Shown here: one piece after another, positions 17,837 to 25,838 of the stretch
Position numbering within the stretch: the first letter of the stretch is position 1
Layout of the letters: the number at the start of each line of letters is the position of its first letter
Source of the DNA: Elusimicrobiota bacterium
Lineage (GTDB): Bacteria > Elusimicrobiota > Elusimicrobia > UBA1565 > UBA9628
Direction of reading: 5' to 3'
NCBI GenBank assembly: GCA_016207665.1
Contig: JACQPG010000115.1
Location: forward strand, 26,696 to 90,695
DNA: 64,000 nucleotides
Translations under genes and position numbers: made by a program
Notes under the pieces: generated by a model
Database searches by the model: none
Seen by the model: only the letters and a program-made list of their open reading frames with translations
Told to the model about the DNA's origin: nothing

Positions 17837-19138
17837 TCAGCCGCACACTTCCACGCTTTCGGCGGGAACGGAGCTCAGCCGGGCGGACGCGTCTAGCGGC
17901 AAGGTCAACACGAAACGCGCGCCGCCATCGGGATGATTATCCGCGTGAAGATAGCCGCGATGCCGGAAGGCGATCTCCCGGGACAGATAGAGGCCCAGTC
18001 CGGTCCCTCCTTTGTCCGCCCGAGTGGTGCTGAAGGGCTTGAACAGCCGGGCGAGTATCTCATCCGGGATTCCGGGGCCGCTGTCGCGCACGGTGACGCG
18101 CGCCTCGAAGAGGCCGGCGGGATCGCGCTCCAGCTCGGCTTTGACTTGTATCGCGCCGCCCTCGGGCATGGCGTTCTTGGCGTTCGACAGCAGATTGAGC
18201 ACTATGCGCTGGATATGAATGCGGCTGGCCTGGATTGGGAGCATTTCCCGGCAAAGCTCGAGGCTTACCTTGACGCCGGCCTCAGAGAGCGTGCGCTCAT
18301 AAAGCGAGACCGTGGAGCCCAGTATCTCCTTGAGGTCGCAGCTGTCCAGCTGTAGCTCCCGCCCTTGAGCCTGTTCCCTCGCCAAGCGGAGCATCTGGCG
18401 GCAAAGCGAGGTGGCGCGCGACATGCGCTCGAGGTCCCCGAGCATGTCGGGATGCTGGTCGGCCAGCAATTCGATGCTGCCCTGGAGCACGGTCAGGGGA
18501 TGGTTGAGCTCGTGGATGACGGCCGAGATGATCATGCCCACGTCGGTGTTCCTGGCGCCCTCGAACTTGGTCTCCACGACTCCGAGCAGCTCCTCCATCC
18601 TCTGGAGATCCTGGCGCCGCAGCTCGAGGGAGCGCTCGGCCTTGCGGGCCCTGGCGACGACGTGATAGATCGCGGCCGCCGAGAAGAGAAGTATGCCGCT
18701 CTTGAGTCCCACTCCGAAGACCCAGCCCTGGTCCCAAGCATCGGCATGGGCGGCGTAAAAGACGGCGTTGAAGGCCAGCGCGCCCAAGGCGATCCAGAAT
18801 ATCTCCCTCCGGCTGAGCAAGAGACAGGCGCTGAATATGGGCATGAGAAAGAGCACCCAAAGATTGGACTCGGGGCCTCCGGAGTAGTTCAGGGCTGCCG
18901 TGATCGTCCCACAATGCGAAAGGATCAGCGCCGCCGGCACGTATTGGCTGCCGCCCCGGGTCATGCGCAGCCACAGGCTCGACGCGAGATTGAGAGCCAA
19001 GAGGGCTAGAAGCGAGTACAGGATGTGAGGATAGACCAGGGTCTGGTTTTCCCGCCACAGTATGGCCAAGGCTATCAGGAAGACGCAAAAGATCGACTGA
19101 TGCTTATGCGCGGCCCAACCATAACGCGGTTCATTCAT
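17837..19138 (-). CDS. Membrane-bound sensor histidine kinase
   Basis: Start taken at internal ATG (MNEPRYGW) of ORF 17837..19309. About 6 TM segments. H-box AVIHELNHPLTVL. HATPase_c motifs (NLLSNAKNAM, DSGPGI, GTGLGL). Confidence 0.8.
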   Translation of the reverse strand: MNEPRYGWAAHKHQSIFCVFLIALAILWRENQTLVYPHILYSLLALLALNLASSLWLRMTRGGSQYVPAALILSHCGTITAALNYSGGPESNLWVLFLMPIFSACLLLSRREIFWIALGALAFNAVFYAAHADAWDQGWVFGVGLKSGILLFSAAAIYHVVARARKAERSLELRRQDLQRMEELLGVVETKFEGARNTDVGMIISAVIHELNHPLTVLQGSIELLADQHPDMLGDLERMSRATSLCRQMLRLAREQAQGRELQLDSCDLKEILGSTVSLYERTLSEAGVKVSLELCREMLPIQASRIHIQRIVLNLLSNAKNAMPEGGAIQVKAELERDPAGLFEARVTVRDSGPGIPDEILARLFKPFSTTRADKGGTGLGLYLSREIAFRHRGYLHADNHPDGGARFVLTLPLDASARLSSVPAESVEVCG

Positions 19139-19159
19139 GCCCCCAGTATGCGCGCCGGC

Positions 19160-19199
19160 GCTTAAGTGGCGCTTAAGCGGCCCCGAATCCGGGCTTAAC
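19160..19199. promoter_or_regulatory. Three GCTTAA(G/C) boxes spaced 11 and 22 bp apart (candidate response-regulator site)
   Basis: Boxes start at 19160, 19171 and 19193. The first two lie within the tandem GGCGCTTAAG repeat. All are just upstream of the -35 at 19209. Confidence 0.35.
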
Positions 19200-19208
19200 C
19201 TCAAGGAC

Positions 19209-19237
19209 TTGACAGGGAGGCTCGGAGGGTATAAATA
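19209..19237 (+). promoter_or_regulatory. Sigma70-type promoter TTGACA-N15/17-TATAAAT for the CxxC-rich protein gene
   Basis: TTGACA 19209-19214; TATAAAT 19230-19236. ATG 19245 lies 8-9 nt after the -10 element with no Shine-Dalgarno sequence, implying a leaderless or near-leaderless mRNA. Confidence 0.55.
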
Positions 19238-19244
19238 AGGCTGA

Positions 19245-21098
19245 ATGGAATCCAAGGAGGGCTTAGAGGCCAAGGCGCGGGCCATACTCTCGCGTTGGGT
19301 CAAGGCCAAGCCCGAGCAGCCCTTCCCGGATTTCGCGGAAAAGATCGGCCTCCAGCAGATTTTGGAGAGGCCGGTTTTCGTCGCGCATCTGGAGACGCTC
19401 TACGATGTCCGCGTGGGGCCCGAAGACGTCCTGGTGCCTTGGTCGGAGGCCATCGATCAGGACGCGGTCTCCAAGGACATCTGGGGGTTTCAGGCCCCGC
19501 TCAAGCAAGACTTCATCTACCAGGAAGGCGAGTTGGTCTTTCCGCGCAGCCTCGAGCCCTTGGCCTGCGGCGTATGCGAGGGTTCTGGAGGGGCTCCCTG
19601 CAAGGGCTGTTTCGGCACGGGGTCGATGACCTGCGGCGAATGCACCGCCAAGGGCCACAAATCCTGCGCCCAGTGCGGCGGCCTGGGCAGGATAGCTTGC
19701 CGGCAATGCGGAGGCCGCGGGATGGTGCCCAACTCGATCTCTTCGAGCGGCCAATCCTACGAGAGCCGTTGCCAGGCTTGCGCCGGCAGCGGAGGTCCCC
19801 CATGCGGTCAATGCTCGGGCGGAGTCATCGACTGCCAGGTCTGCGGCAACAAGCGTTTTGTGCCCTGCCCGCATTGCGGCAACACAGGAAGGGTCGCCTG
19901 CGTGCAATGCCGCGGCCAGCGCCAGCTTCTCAGGGGCCATCGATATCATGTCACCTATCAGCCCGGCTATGAGAGGGGGATCTATCCCCCGATCGATATT
20001 CCGCCGGGGCTGCTGCCGGAGGACCCTCCGCGGGCGGTGCTGGGCCAGCTCGTCTATCAGGACGAAGGATCCCGCGTGCTCAAGACCAAGGACGATTTCC
20101 CTTGCCCGGAGATCCGGACCGCCGTCGACGAGCTGCTCAAAAGAGCCGTGACCAGCCAAGAGAAACTGGGCGCCCAGGCGCGCATCGTCAAGCAGAAGCT
20201 CTTCATCGACAGGATCCCGTTATACTCAGTGATCTACGACTTCTCCGGAAAGAAATTCAGCGCTTGGATCAGTCCCGTGGGCGATCGCGTGGTCTCTGAT
20301 CGCGATCCTTTCACCGAGCTGGCCGGGGCCTGGGCCGGCGAAGCTCACAAAGCCTTGGCCCAGGAGGACTATGACAAGGCGGAGGCCTCGGCCAAAAAGG
20401 CGCAGGGAATATCCCAACCCTCCTGGGCCGAGGATTTCATGCAGCATATAGCGGCTCTCAAGCGCAAGGACATGCGTGCGATGGCCGTTTCTACGGGACT
20501 GGCCGCGTCACTGTTCCTAGGCGGCGTTCTTGGCTTGTTCCATCGCGACAGTCCTCATCTATTCTGGCCGTGGATGGCCTTCATGATCCTTTCCGCCGCC
20601 GCCGCCGCATGGCTGATCAAGCCCTCTTGGATGGAATCCTTTTCGCGATCATTCGGCCGGAAGGCAGCCATGGCGCTGGGCGCGGCGCCCGCCCTCGCGC
20701 TTGCCGCGGGGTTTTTCGCTCTCAATCCCATCCGATCCTTGGACCAACGGGAATTCGAGGCTCGCCTCAAAGACCGTTTCGGCCCCAGGCTCTCCGACGC
20801 GCTCGCGCCGGAGGACATGGGGTATCTCAGAGCGGTGATCGAAACCTATCAGCCTCGAGGCGTGGAGGTCTCAAAAGCCCGGATGGTCCTGGAGTCTAAC
20901 GACCGGCGCGTCGAACTCGAAAGGCTCGAGGCCCAGACACGGGAAGAGATGCGCCGGAAGAAGGAACAGGAGGAGCGCAAGAGGCTCCTATTGGCCGAGT
21001 CGACGTTCAAAAGAACCCCGCCGAAGAAAGGCAACGGAAAGAAGGTCTCGCCTAAGAAGAGGAGGTTCAGCGGTTCCGGCGGCGCTTTCGGGCCCTGA
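19245..21098 (+). CDS. Membrane protein with a DnaJ-type multi-CxxC zinc-finger array and a Lys/Arg-rich tail (function unknown)
   Basis: 617 aa. Ten CxxC motifs (residues 108-222, nt 19566-19910), mostly CxxCxGxG, at 11-residue spacing. Three predicted TM helices around residues 425-500. Coiled-coil-like, basic C-terminus. Confidence 0.75.
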   Translation: MESKEGLEAKARAILSRWVKAKPEQPFPDFAEKIGLQQILERPVFVAHLETLYDVRVGPEDVLVPWSEAIDQDAVSKDIWGFQAPLKQDFIYQEGELVFPRSLEPLACGVCEGSGGAPCKGCFGTGSMTCGECTAKGHKSCAQCGGLGRIACRQCGGRGMVPNSISSSGQSYESRCQACAGSGGPPCGQCSGGVIDCQVCGNKRFVPCPHCGNTGRVACVQCRGQRQLLRGHRYHVTYQPGYERGIYPPIDIPPGLLPEDPPRAVLGQLVYQDEGSRVLKTKDDFPCPEIRTAVDELLKRAVTSQEKLGAQARIVKQKLFIDRIPLYSVIYDFSGKKFSAWISPVGDRVVSDRDPFTELAGAWAGEAHKALAQEDYDKAEASAKKAQGISQPSWAEDFMQHIAALKRKDMRAMAVSTGLAASLFLGGVLGLFHRDSPHLFWPWMAFMILSAAAAAWLIKPSWMESFSRSFGRKAAMALGAAPALALAAGFFALNPIRSLDQREFEARLKDRFGPRLSDALAPEDMGYLRAVIETYQPRGVEVSKARMVLESNDRRVELERLEAQTREEMRRKKEQEERKRLLLAESTFKRTPPKKGNGKKVSPKKRRFSGSGGAFGP

Positions 21099-21163
21099 AA
21101 TGGCGGGCCGGATGGGACACATTACGAACCCCCGTCATTTTGCTTCCTTCGTCAGCAGCAAAA

Positions 21164-21254
21164 TGGCGGAAGGGGAGGGATTCGAACCCTCGAGAGGGGG
21201 TTGCCCTCTAACAGTTTTCGAGACTGTCCGTTTCAACCGCTCACGCACCCTTCC
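21164..21254 (-). tRNA. tRNA-Ser (anticodon CGA), long variable arm, CCA encoded
   Basis: Reverse complement reads GGAAGGGTGCGTGAGCGGTTGAAACGGACAGTCTCGAAAACTGTTAGAGGGCAACCCCCTCTCGAGGGTTCGAATCCCTCCCCTTCCGCCA. Anticodon loop CTCGAAA. 91 nt. Confidence 0.9.
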
Positions 21255-21342
21255 TTAAATTTATCAAGAAGTGCAGTCCTGCGTTAGCAGGGCACGCACC
21301 CTTCCTTAAATTTATCAAGAAGTGCAGTCCTGCGTTAGCAGG
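21242..21342. repeat. Tandem duplication (period 51 bp, 50 nt identical) covering the first 13 nt of tRNA-Ser plus 37 nt upstream
   Basis: CACGCACCCTTCCTTAAATTTATCAAGAAGTGCAGTCCTGCGTTAGCAGG at 21242-21291 and 21293-21342. It is followed by the related palindrome GTCCTGC-gca-GCAGGAC (21345-21361). Confidence 0.95.
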
Positions 21343-21514
21343 CAGTCCTGCGCAGCAGGACCTTCAAAGAATTTTATCAGTTTTCGGAGCTTTCAGCGCT
21401 TTCCCTATCCCGGGTCTTGCACCGCGCTAAAAATTCCGACCTCGCGCCCTTGCGTGCTGTCGTGGTCGCGCCAAAGAGAAAAAATGCTTATAAAATAAAA
21501 TAAAAGTCTAGTTC

Positions 21515-21533
21515 GTGTGTCACAGTGACACAC
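21515..21533. promoter_or_regulatory. Perfect inverted repeat GTGTGTCAC-a-GTGACACAC (candidate operator) in an AT-rich tract
   Basis: Read directly. It lies about 70 bp upstream of the -35 at 21603 and is flanked by the A/T runs aaaatgcttataaaataaaataaaag and ttatcttttatttttcagcattattcattttt. Confidence 0.5.
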
Positions 21534-21602
21534 AGGAGAGCAATTATCTTTTATTTTTCAGCATTATTCATTTTTACCTCGATCACCACCTCGACCACCC
21601 GC

Positions 21603-21631
21603 TTGACAGGATGGGAGGCCGGCCCTATACT
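21603..21631 (+). promoter_or_regulatory. Near-consensus sigma70 promoter TTGACA-N17-TATACT
   Basis: TTGACA 21603-21608, exact 17-nt spacer, TATACT 21626-21631. GGAGGGG Shine-Dalgarno at 21644-21650 precedes ATG 21654. Confidence 0.7.
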
Positions 21632-21653
21632 TAGGCGCTTTCTGGAGGGGTCC

Positions 21654-21920
21654 ATGGCTCGAACCTTGATAACACTGCTGTTTATAGCCGGCGGCTTTGG
21701 AAGCGCCCACGTGGCCAATGAGGATTGGGCCCGCATGCCGGACCTCAAGTTCAGCAGAGAGAACTCCGCGCCTCCGGCCGTCCCCGCAGCGGCTCAACCC
21801 CGCGTCCAGAAGAGCGTGATCTCTACGCCCCATCCCATCGTGGCGGTGCTTAAGAGAGCCGAGGAAATGTTGGGATCGAGACAATGGATTTTCCCAGATC
21901 ACCCATTCGCGCAGGCCTAA
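21654..21920 (+). CDS. Small secreted protein (possible N-terminal fragment of a serpin-like gene)
   Basis: Internal ATG of ORF 21525..21920, preceded by the promoter and Shine-Dalgarno. Signal peptide MARTLITLLFIAGGFGSAHV. Confidence 0.55.
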   Translation: MARTLITLLFIAGGFGSAHVANEDWARMPDLKFSRENSAPPAVPAAAQPRVQKSVISTPHPIVAVLKRAEEMLGSRQWIFPDHPFAQA

Positions 21921-22102
21921 AGGCCGAGTATGCCGGAGTCATAGCCGAGCTGGGCATGGAGAGCGTGCGCAGGGATATAGAGACCGAGGTCGAGATCGGG
22001 GGGACAGTCGATAAGATCAATGGTTTCTTGAAGGATAAGGGCTTTTCCGTGCGATTGAGGCCCTCGGGGGGAGCCGGCGCGCGGTCGCGGCGGCGGCCGT
22101 GA
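21884..22102 (+). CDS. Small ORF (possible middle fragment of a serpin-like gene)
   Basis: 72 aa in a second frame. Contains EYAGVIAEL...VDKINGFLKDKGFSV, resembling the serpin Y..a..v.F...IN.WV...T.GKI segment. The Gly/Arg tail looks out of frame. Confidence 0.4.
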   Translation: MDFPRSPIRAGLKAEYAGVIAELGMESVRRDIETEVEIGGTVDKINGFLKDKGFSVRLRPSGGAGARSRRRP

Positions 22103-22683
22103 TGCGGATCAGCGTCAATTGGGCGACGTCCGGAAGGGATTGGCCTTTAAGATTGAGGACTGGAACAGAGGTGCCTGGAGCTTGTGTCAAGAACGTCCGG
22201 GCCTATTATCGAAGCGGTTCCCAGCCTCACCTCATCGCTGAAATCGGGACCAAGGAAGGAGAGCGGGTGTTCATGACGCGTTATGACGGCGACCTGGCCG
22301 ATGACCCGACTGCGGCTTTGATCTCGGCACGCCAGCTATCCCAGGGCAAGGCCGGTTCGGCGGCCGAGCGTCTGGTGGGCGTGGTCTTTCCCAAGGTCGC
22401 GTTGAGCCGGCAGAGCGAGCTTCCCCTCGGGGAGACCTGCGCGATCTCCAAGGACGGGATCGAGTTCGGGATTGAGCAGTTCGTGCTCGAGCAGAGATTC
22501 GAGATGGACGAGCTCGGCGCCTCGGCGCGGGCCGGGGGGGCCGCCATGGCCGTTCCTCGAGGGATGGTCCCGCGAATGCTGATCATAGACGGCGATTTCT
22601 TGGTTTGGTTCGAGACGCCCGAGGGGGTTATCCGCTTCGCGGGCCTGATCACCCCCGCCGACATGAAGGACCCGAGAGATTGA
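22099..22683 (+). CDS. Serpin-like C-terminal half (hinge/reactive-centre-loop region)
   Basis: 194 aa in a third frame. ISVNWATSGRDW resembles serpin VNaiyFkGkW; VVFPKVAL resembles lhLPKlsi. FEMDELGASARAGGAAMAVPRGMVPRMLIIDGDFLVWFETPEGVIRFAGLITP aligns without gaps, by eye, to the alpha1-antitrypsin stretch IDEKGTEAAGAM...FNKPFVFLMIE...LFMGKVVNP. Confidence 0.55.
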   Translation: MMRISVNWATSGRDWPLRLRTGTEVPGACVKNVRAYYRSGSQPHLIAEIGTKEGERVFMTRYDGDLADDPTAALISARQLSQGKAGSAAERLVGVVFPKVALSRQSELPLGETCAISKDGIEFGIEQFVLEQRFEMDELGASARAGGAAMAVPRGMVPRMLIIDGDFLVWFETPEGVIRFAGLITPADMKDPRD

Positions 22684-22719
22684 TCCCGGGTCCGCCGTCA
22701 TCTCGATCTTTCAAGATCG

Positions 22720-23349
22720 TTGCCCCGCCGGAGGGCCACTCCTGCATTCAAAACCGATCCCGTCCCGGAGAATTTGCTCCAGGAGCTTCTAGAGCTGGCT
22801 ACCTTGGCGCCCTCGGGCTACAATCTCCAGCCTTGGCGCTTCATCGTGGTCAGGGACGAGGCCAATCGCAAGAAGCTGCGCGCCGCGGCGATGAACCAGC
22901 CCAAGGTCGAGCAAGCCCCGGTGGTGATCATCGCCTGCGGAGACCCGCGGGCCTGGCAGGATGGCGACATGGATCAGATGCTCCAGGATGGCAAGAAGGC
23001 GGGGTTCATACCGGATGAGCGGGTGGCCGAGGCGATACGACGCGGCGGAAGCGCCTATCTTAAGAGCGTCGATCCCGGCATTTGGGTGACGCGCCAGACC
23101 ATGATCGCCTTCACCTATCTCATGTTGGCCGCCGAGTCGTATGGATTGGATACCGCGCCGATGGAGGGATTCTGGGAGGACAAGGTCAAGCAGGCCTTCG
23201 CCATACCCGAGCCAGTGCGCGTGCTCGCCTTGCTGGCCCTGGGCTATGCCCAGCCTCCGGATAAGAAATACGGCGACCGCTTCGACCTGGAGAGAGTCGT
23301 GTTCGAAGAGGCTTTCGGACGGCCCTGGAGAGTCCGCGCCCCGGCCTAG
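22720..23349 (+). CDS. Nitroreductase-family flavoprotein
   Basis: 209 aa, TTG start. LELATLAPSGYNLQPWRFIVVRD..KLRAAAMNQPKV pattern. Confidence 0.85.
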   Translation: MPRRRATPAFKTDPVPENLLQELLELATLAPSGYNLQPWRFIVVRDEANRKKLRAAAMNQPKVEQAPVVIIACGDPRAWQDGDMDQMLQDGKKAGFIPDERVAEAIRRGGSAYLKSVDPGIWVTRQTMIAFTYLMLAAESYGLDTAPMEGFWEDKVKQAFAIPEPVRVLALLALGYAQPPDKKYGDRFDLERVVFEEAFGRPWRVRAPA

Positions 23350-23368
23350 CTTATGGTATCCTTAGAGA

Positions 23369-24595
23369 ATGGAAATCGGCTGGCCCCGGATTTCCCAAGG
23401 CAAGCGATGGGCGCTGCGCGGGATATTATATAGCCTGCTGGCGGGAGCGTTGCTAGGCGCCGATCGCTGGGAGAATCGCCTGCAAGCCGAGGTTGCCTCT
23501 CTCGACCAGCCGAGCCCCGGCGCGAGCCTGCATCAAGGCGTACTAGGCAAGAAGCGTTTCTTCGACATACTCACCGCGACCGGCTCGAGCCCCGCCGAGG
23601 CCGCGACCCTTTCTCGGGCCTTGTCGCGCGTGCTCGACATGCGCCGATTGATGCCCGAGGACTCCTTCTCGGTGATGCGTTCCAGCTCCGGCCGTTTCAT
23701 GCACATGACCTTGGTGCATGGCAAGAGCCGTTATGTTTTGACCGAGACGGCCAAGGGTCTGCGGGCCTCCAAGCACCCGCTTGCGGTATCCGAGCATCTT
23801 CGTCGCGCATCCGGCTCCGTAGAGGAGAGCCTTTGGGTCGCCATGGAGGCGGCGGGGGTGCCTCCCGAGGTCATCTTGGAGTTCGCCGATGTCTTCCAAT
23901 GGACCATCGATTTCCTGACGGAGACTCGCAAGGGCGACCGGTTCGCGGTGGTATGGACCGAGCGCCAGGCCGCCGACGGACGGATTTGGGATCGTATCGT
24001 GGAGGCGGGTCATTATAAAGGCCTGGCCGCGGGCGACCGGACCGGCATACTCTTCGAGGGCCGCTATTACGACAAGAACGGAGACTCGCTCAATCGCATG
24101 TTCCTGCGGGCTCCGCTCAAGTTCAATCGCATCTCCTCGGGCTTCGCTCGTCGCCGGAACCATCCCATACTTCGCACCAACCGGCCTCATCATGGCACGG
24201 ATTACGCGGCGCCCCGAGGAACGCCGGTGTCGAGCGTGGCTGATGGACGCGTCGAGCAGATCGGGCGGAAGGGCGGATTCGGCAACGTGGTCAAGATACG
24301 GCATAGCCGCACCTACGCCAGCCTTTACGCGCATTTGAGCCGCTTTGCCGCGCGCTTGAGGCCCGGATCTCCGGTCCAGCAGGGCCAGGTCATCGGCTAT
24401 GTGGGCTCGACCGGGTTGGCCAACGGTCCCCACCTGCACTTCCAGATGGAGAAGGACGGGCGCTGGGTCGATTTCCTGAGGATAGAGCTCCCCTCGGCCC
24501 AGTCGATCCCGAGGTCGCGGCGACAGGCCTTTGCCAGCCGCCTGGAAAGCGTGCTTTCCGAGCTCAATAGCATAGGGACCATCGCGTCCTCTTGA
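23369..24595 (+). CDS. M23-family (LytM/OapA-like) peptidoglycan metalloendopeptidase
   Basis: 408 aa with an N-terminal membrane anchor. HHGTDYAAPRGTPV..GNVVKIRH..YAHLS..GSTGLANGPHLHFQM (HxxxD and HxH motifs). Confidence 0.88.
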   Translation: MEIGWPRISQGKRWALRGILYSLLAGALLGADRWENRLQAEVASLDQPSPGASLHQGVLGKKRFFDILTATGSSPAEAATLSRALSRVLDMRRLMPEDSFSVMRSSSGRFMHMTLVHGKSRYVLTETAKGLRASKHPLAVSEHLRRASGSVEESLWVAMEAAGVPPEVILEFADVFQWTIDFLTETRKGDRFAVVWTERQAADGRIWDRIVEAGHYKGLAAGDRTGILFEGRYYDKNGDSLNRMFLRAPLKFNRISSGFARRRNHPILRTNRPHHGTDYAAPRGTPVSSVADGRVEQIGRKGGFGNVVKIRHSRTYASLYAHLSRFAARLRPGSPVQQGQVIGYVGSTGLANGPHLHFQMEKDGRWVDFLRIELPSAQSIPRSRRQAFASRLESVLSELNSIGTIASS

Positions 24596-24598
24596 GCC

Positions 24599-24865
24599 AT
24601 GCCTGGCCAAACCTTCTCCTGGCCGGCACAGCGCATCGACATGGTGATCAAGGCTTTGGAGCTATGCATAGAGCGCCTGTCTCCCCATGCCGCCAAGAGC
24701 GCCGAAGTCCAATGCAGGCGAGACGACTACGTGTTCCTTAAGGAACTGTTGACGGCCCGGGTGCCAGACCCGGATGGCAGCGTCCGCGTCACCATCGATC
24801 CCGCGGCAGCGGCGTTGATAAAGGCCGCCTTGTTGAGTTATTCCGCCGAATTGAAGAAGAGCTGA
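24599..24865 (+). CDS. Hypothetical 88-aa protein
   Basis: ATG 3 nt after the M23 stop. No recognisable motif. Its 3' end overlaps the tail of the convergent WD40 ORF by 77 nt. Confidence 0.35.
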   Translation: MPGQTFSWPAQRIDMVIKALELCIERLSPHAAKSAEVQCRRDDYVFLKELLTARVPDPDGSVRVTIDPAAAALIKAALLSYSAELKKS

Positions 24866-25838
24866 GCGGCTTGAGCCGGAACACCCGGATCGTGCCGTCC
24901 TCGTGGCCGGTGGCGAGAGTCTCTCCGTCCGGCGAGACCGCGACGGAAAGAGCCCCGTCGCTCGGCCCGCGCAGGAGCTGCTTTTCCATGCCGGTCTCGA
25001 TGTCCCAAAAACGCAGCCAATAACCGTCCGTCGAGGCTAAGGTCACCCGGTCGGGGAAAAAGGAAAGCCCGCGCACGGGCCGGCGATGTCCCTTGAGCAC
25101 CATCTTGGTCCAGCCGGACCAGGGATCCCAGAGCCGCACGGTCATGTCCCGGCCTCCGGAGACAAGGGTCCGACTATCGGGCGAGAACAAGAGGGCGAGC
25201 ACTGAATCGCGGTGGCCCTTGAGCGTCCTCAGGCTGCGGCCGCTGGCCAGGTCCCAGAGGCGAATAGTGCGATCATCCCCGCCCGAGGCCAGCCACCGGC
25301 CGTCCGGGGAAAAGGCCAGGGCGTTGATCGGGCTCTCGTGCCCGGCTAACGCGCCGATGGGGCGGCGCCGGCGTGCGCTCCAGAGCCGCACCACTTTCTC
25401 ATCACCCGCCAGAGCCAAGGTGAGGCCGTCCGAGGAGAAGGCCAGGCAGAGTATGGAGGTTTTTGAGGCCTCGCGCGTGTTTTCAAGCTTTGCCGTTTCG
25501 GGTCGCCAGAGGCGCAGCTTATGGTCCTGTCCCGCGGAGGCCATGCTGCGGCCGTCCGGCGAAAAGGCGAGGGCGTAGACGTCTCCTCGATGACCCTTGA
25601 GAACGGCTTGCTCCGTGACCACCCCCGGCACGGAGGCGTCCCAAAGCCTTATGGTCTGGTCTCCGCCGGCCGAGGCCAGCCGCGCGCCGTCGGGAGAAAA
25701 ACGTAAGACGAGCACTTCGCCCGAGTGCCCTCGCAAGACCAGCCTCATCTGATGGAAATCCTGCGAATCGAAGGCGTTGACCGGGGCGTGAAGCGCGCCG
25801 AGCAGCGCCGCCGCCGCCAACGTCCTAGCGAAGGCCAT
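24789..25838 (-). CDS. Secreted WD40-repeat beta-propeller protein
   Basis: 349 aa. Signal peptide [22 protein letters not shown]; seven repeats of the GH..V..L.FSPDG..LASGG.D.T.RLWD type. The last ~30 codons look non-WD, so the true stop may be functionally earlier. Confidence 0.8.
   Translation of the reverse strand: MAFARTLAAAALLGALHAPVNAFDSQDFHQMRLVLRGHSGEVLVLRFSPDGARLASAGGDQTIRLWDASVPGVVTEQAVLKGHRGDVYALAFSPDGRSMASAGQDHKLRLWRPETAKLENTREASKTSILCLAFSSDGLTLALAGDEKVVRLWSARRRRPIGALAGHESPINALAFSPDGRWLASGGDDRTIRLWDLASGRSLRTLKGHRDSVLALLFSPDSRTLVSGGRDMTVRLWDPWSGWTKMVLKGHRRPVRGLSFFPDRVTLASTDGYWLRFWDIETGMEKQLLRGPSDGALSVAVSPDGETLATGHEDGTIRVFRLKPLSSSSIRRNNSTRRPLSTPLPRDRW

Noticed and set aside
21525-21653. 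The long form of the first small ORF, starting at GTG 21525 inside the palindrome.
   Set aside because: It would begin upstream of the consensus promoter at 21603-21631. The ATG at 21654 has a Shine-Dalgarno and starts a clean signal peptide.
22030-22045. Programmed -1 ribosomal frameshift joining the second and third serpin-like ORFs at gat-aag-ggc.
   Set aside because: There is no canonical X-XXY-YYZ slippery heptamer and no obvious downstream pseudoknot or hairpin. An indel in the nearby G6 run (22066-22071), or simple decay, is more economical. This cannot be settled without reads.
21099-22700. Integrated genomic island or prophage remnant at tRNA-Ser (AT-rich DNA, tRNA adjacency, repeats).
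   Set aside because: There is no integrase, transposase or phage gene. The duplicated segment is the tRNA 5' end and promoter rather than a 3'-end att site. The AT-rich tract is under 300 bp. It is kept only as a local oddity.
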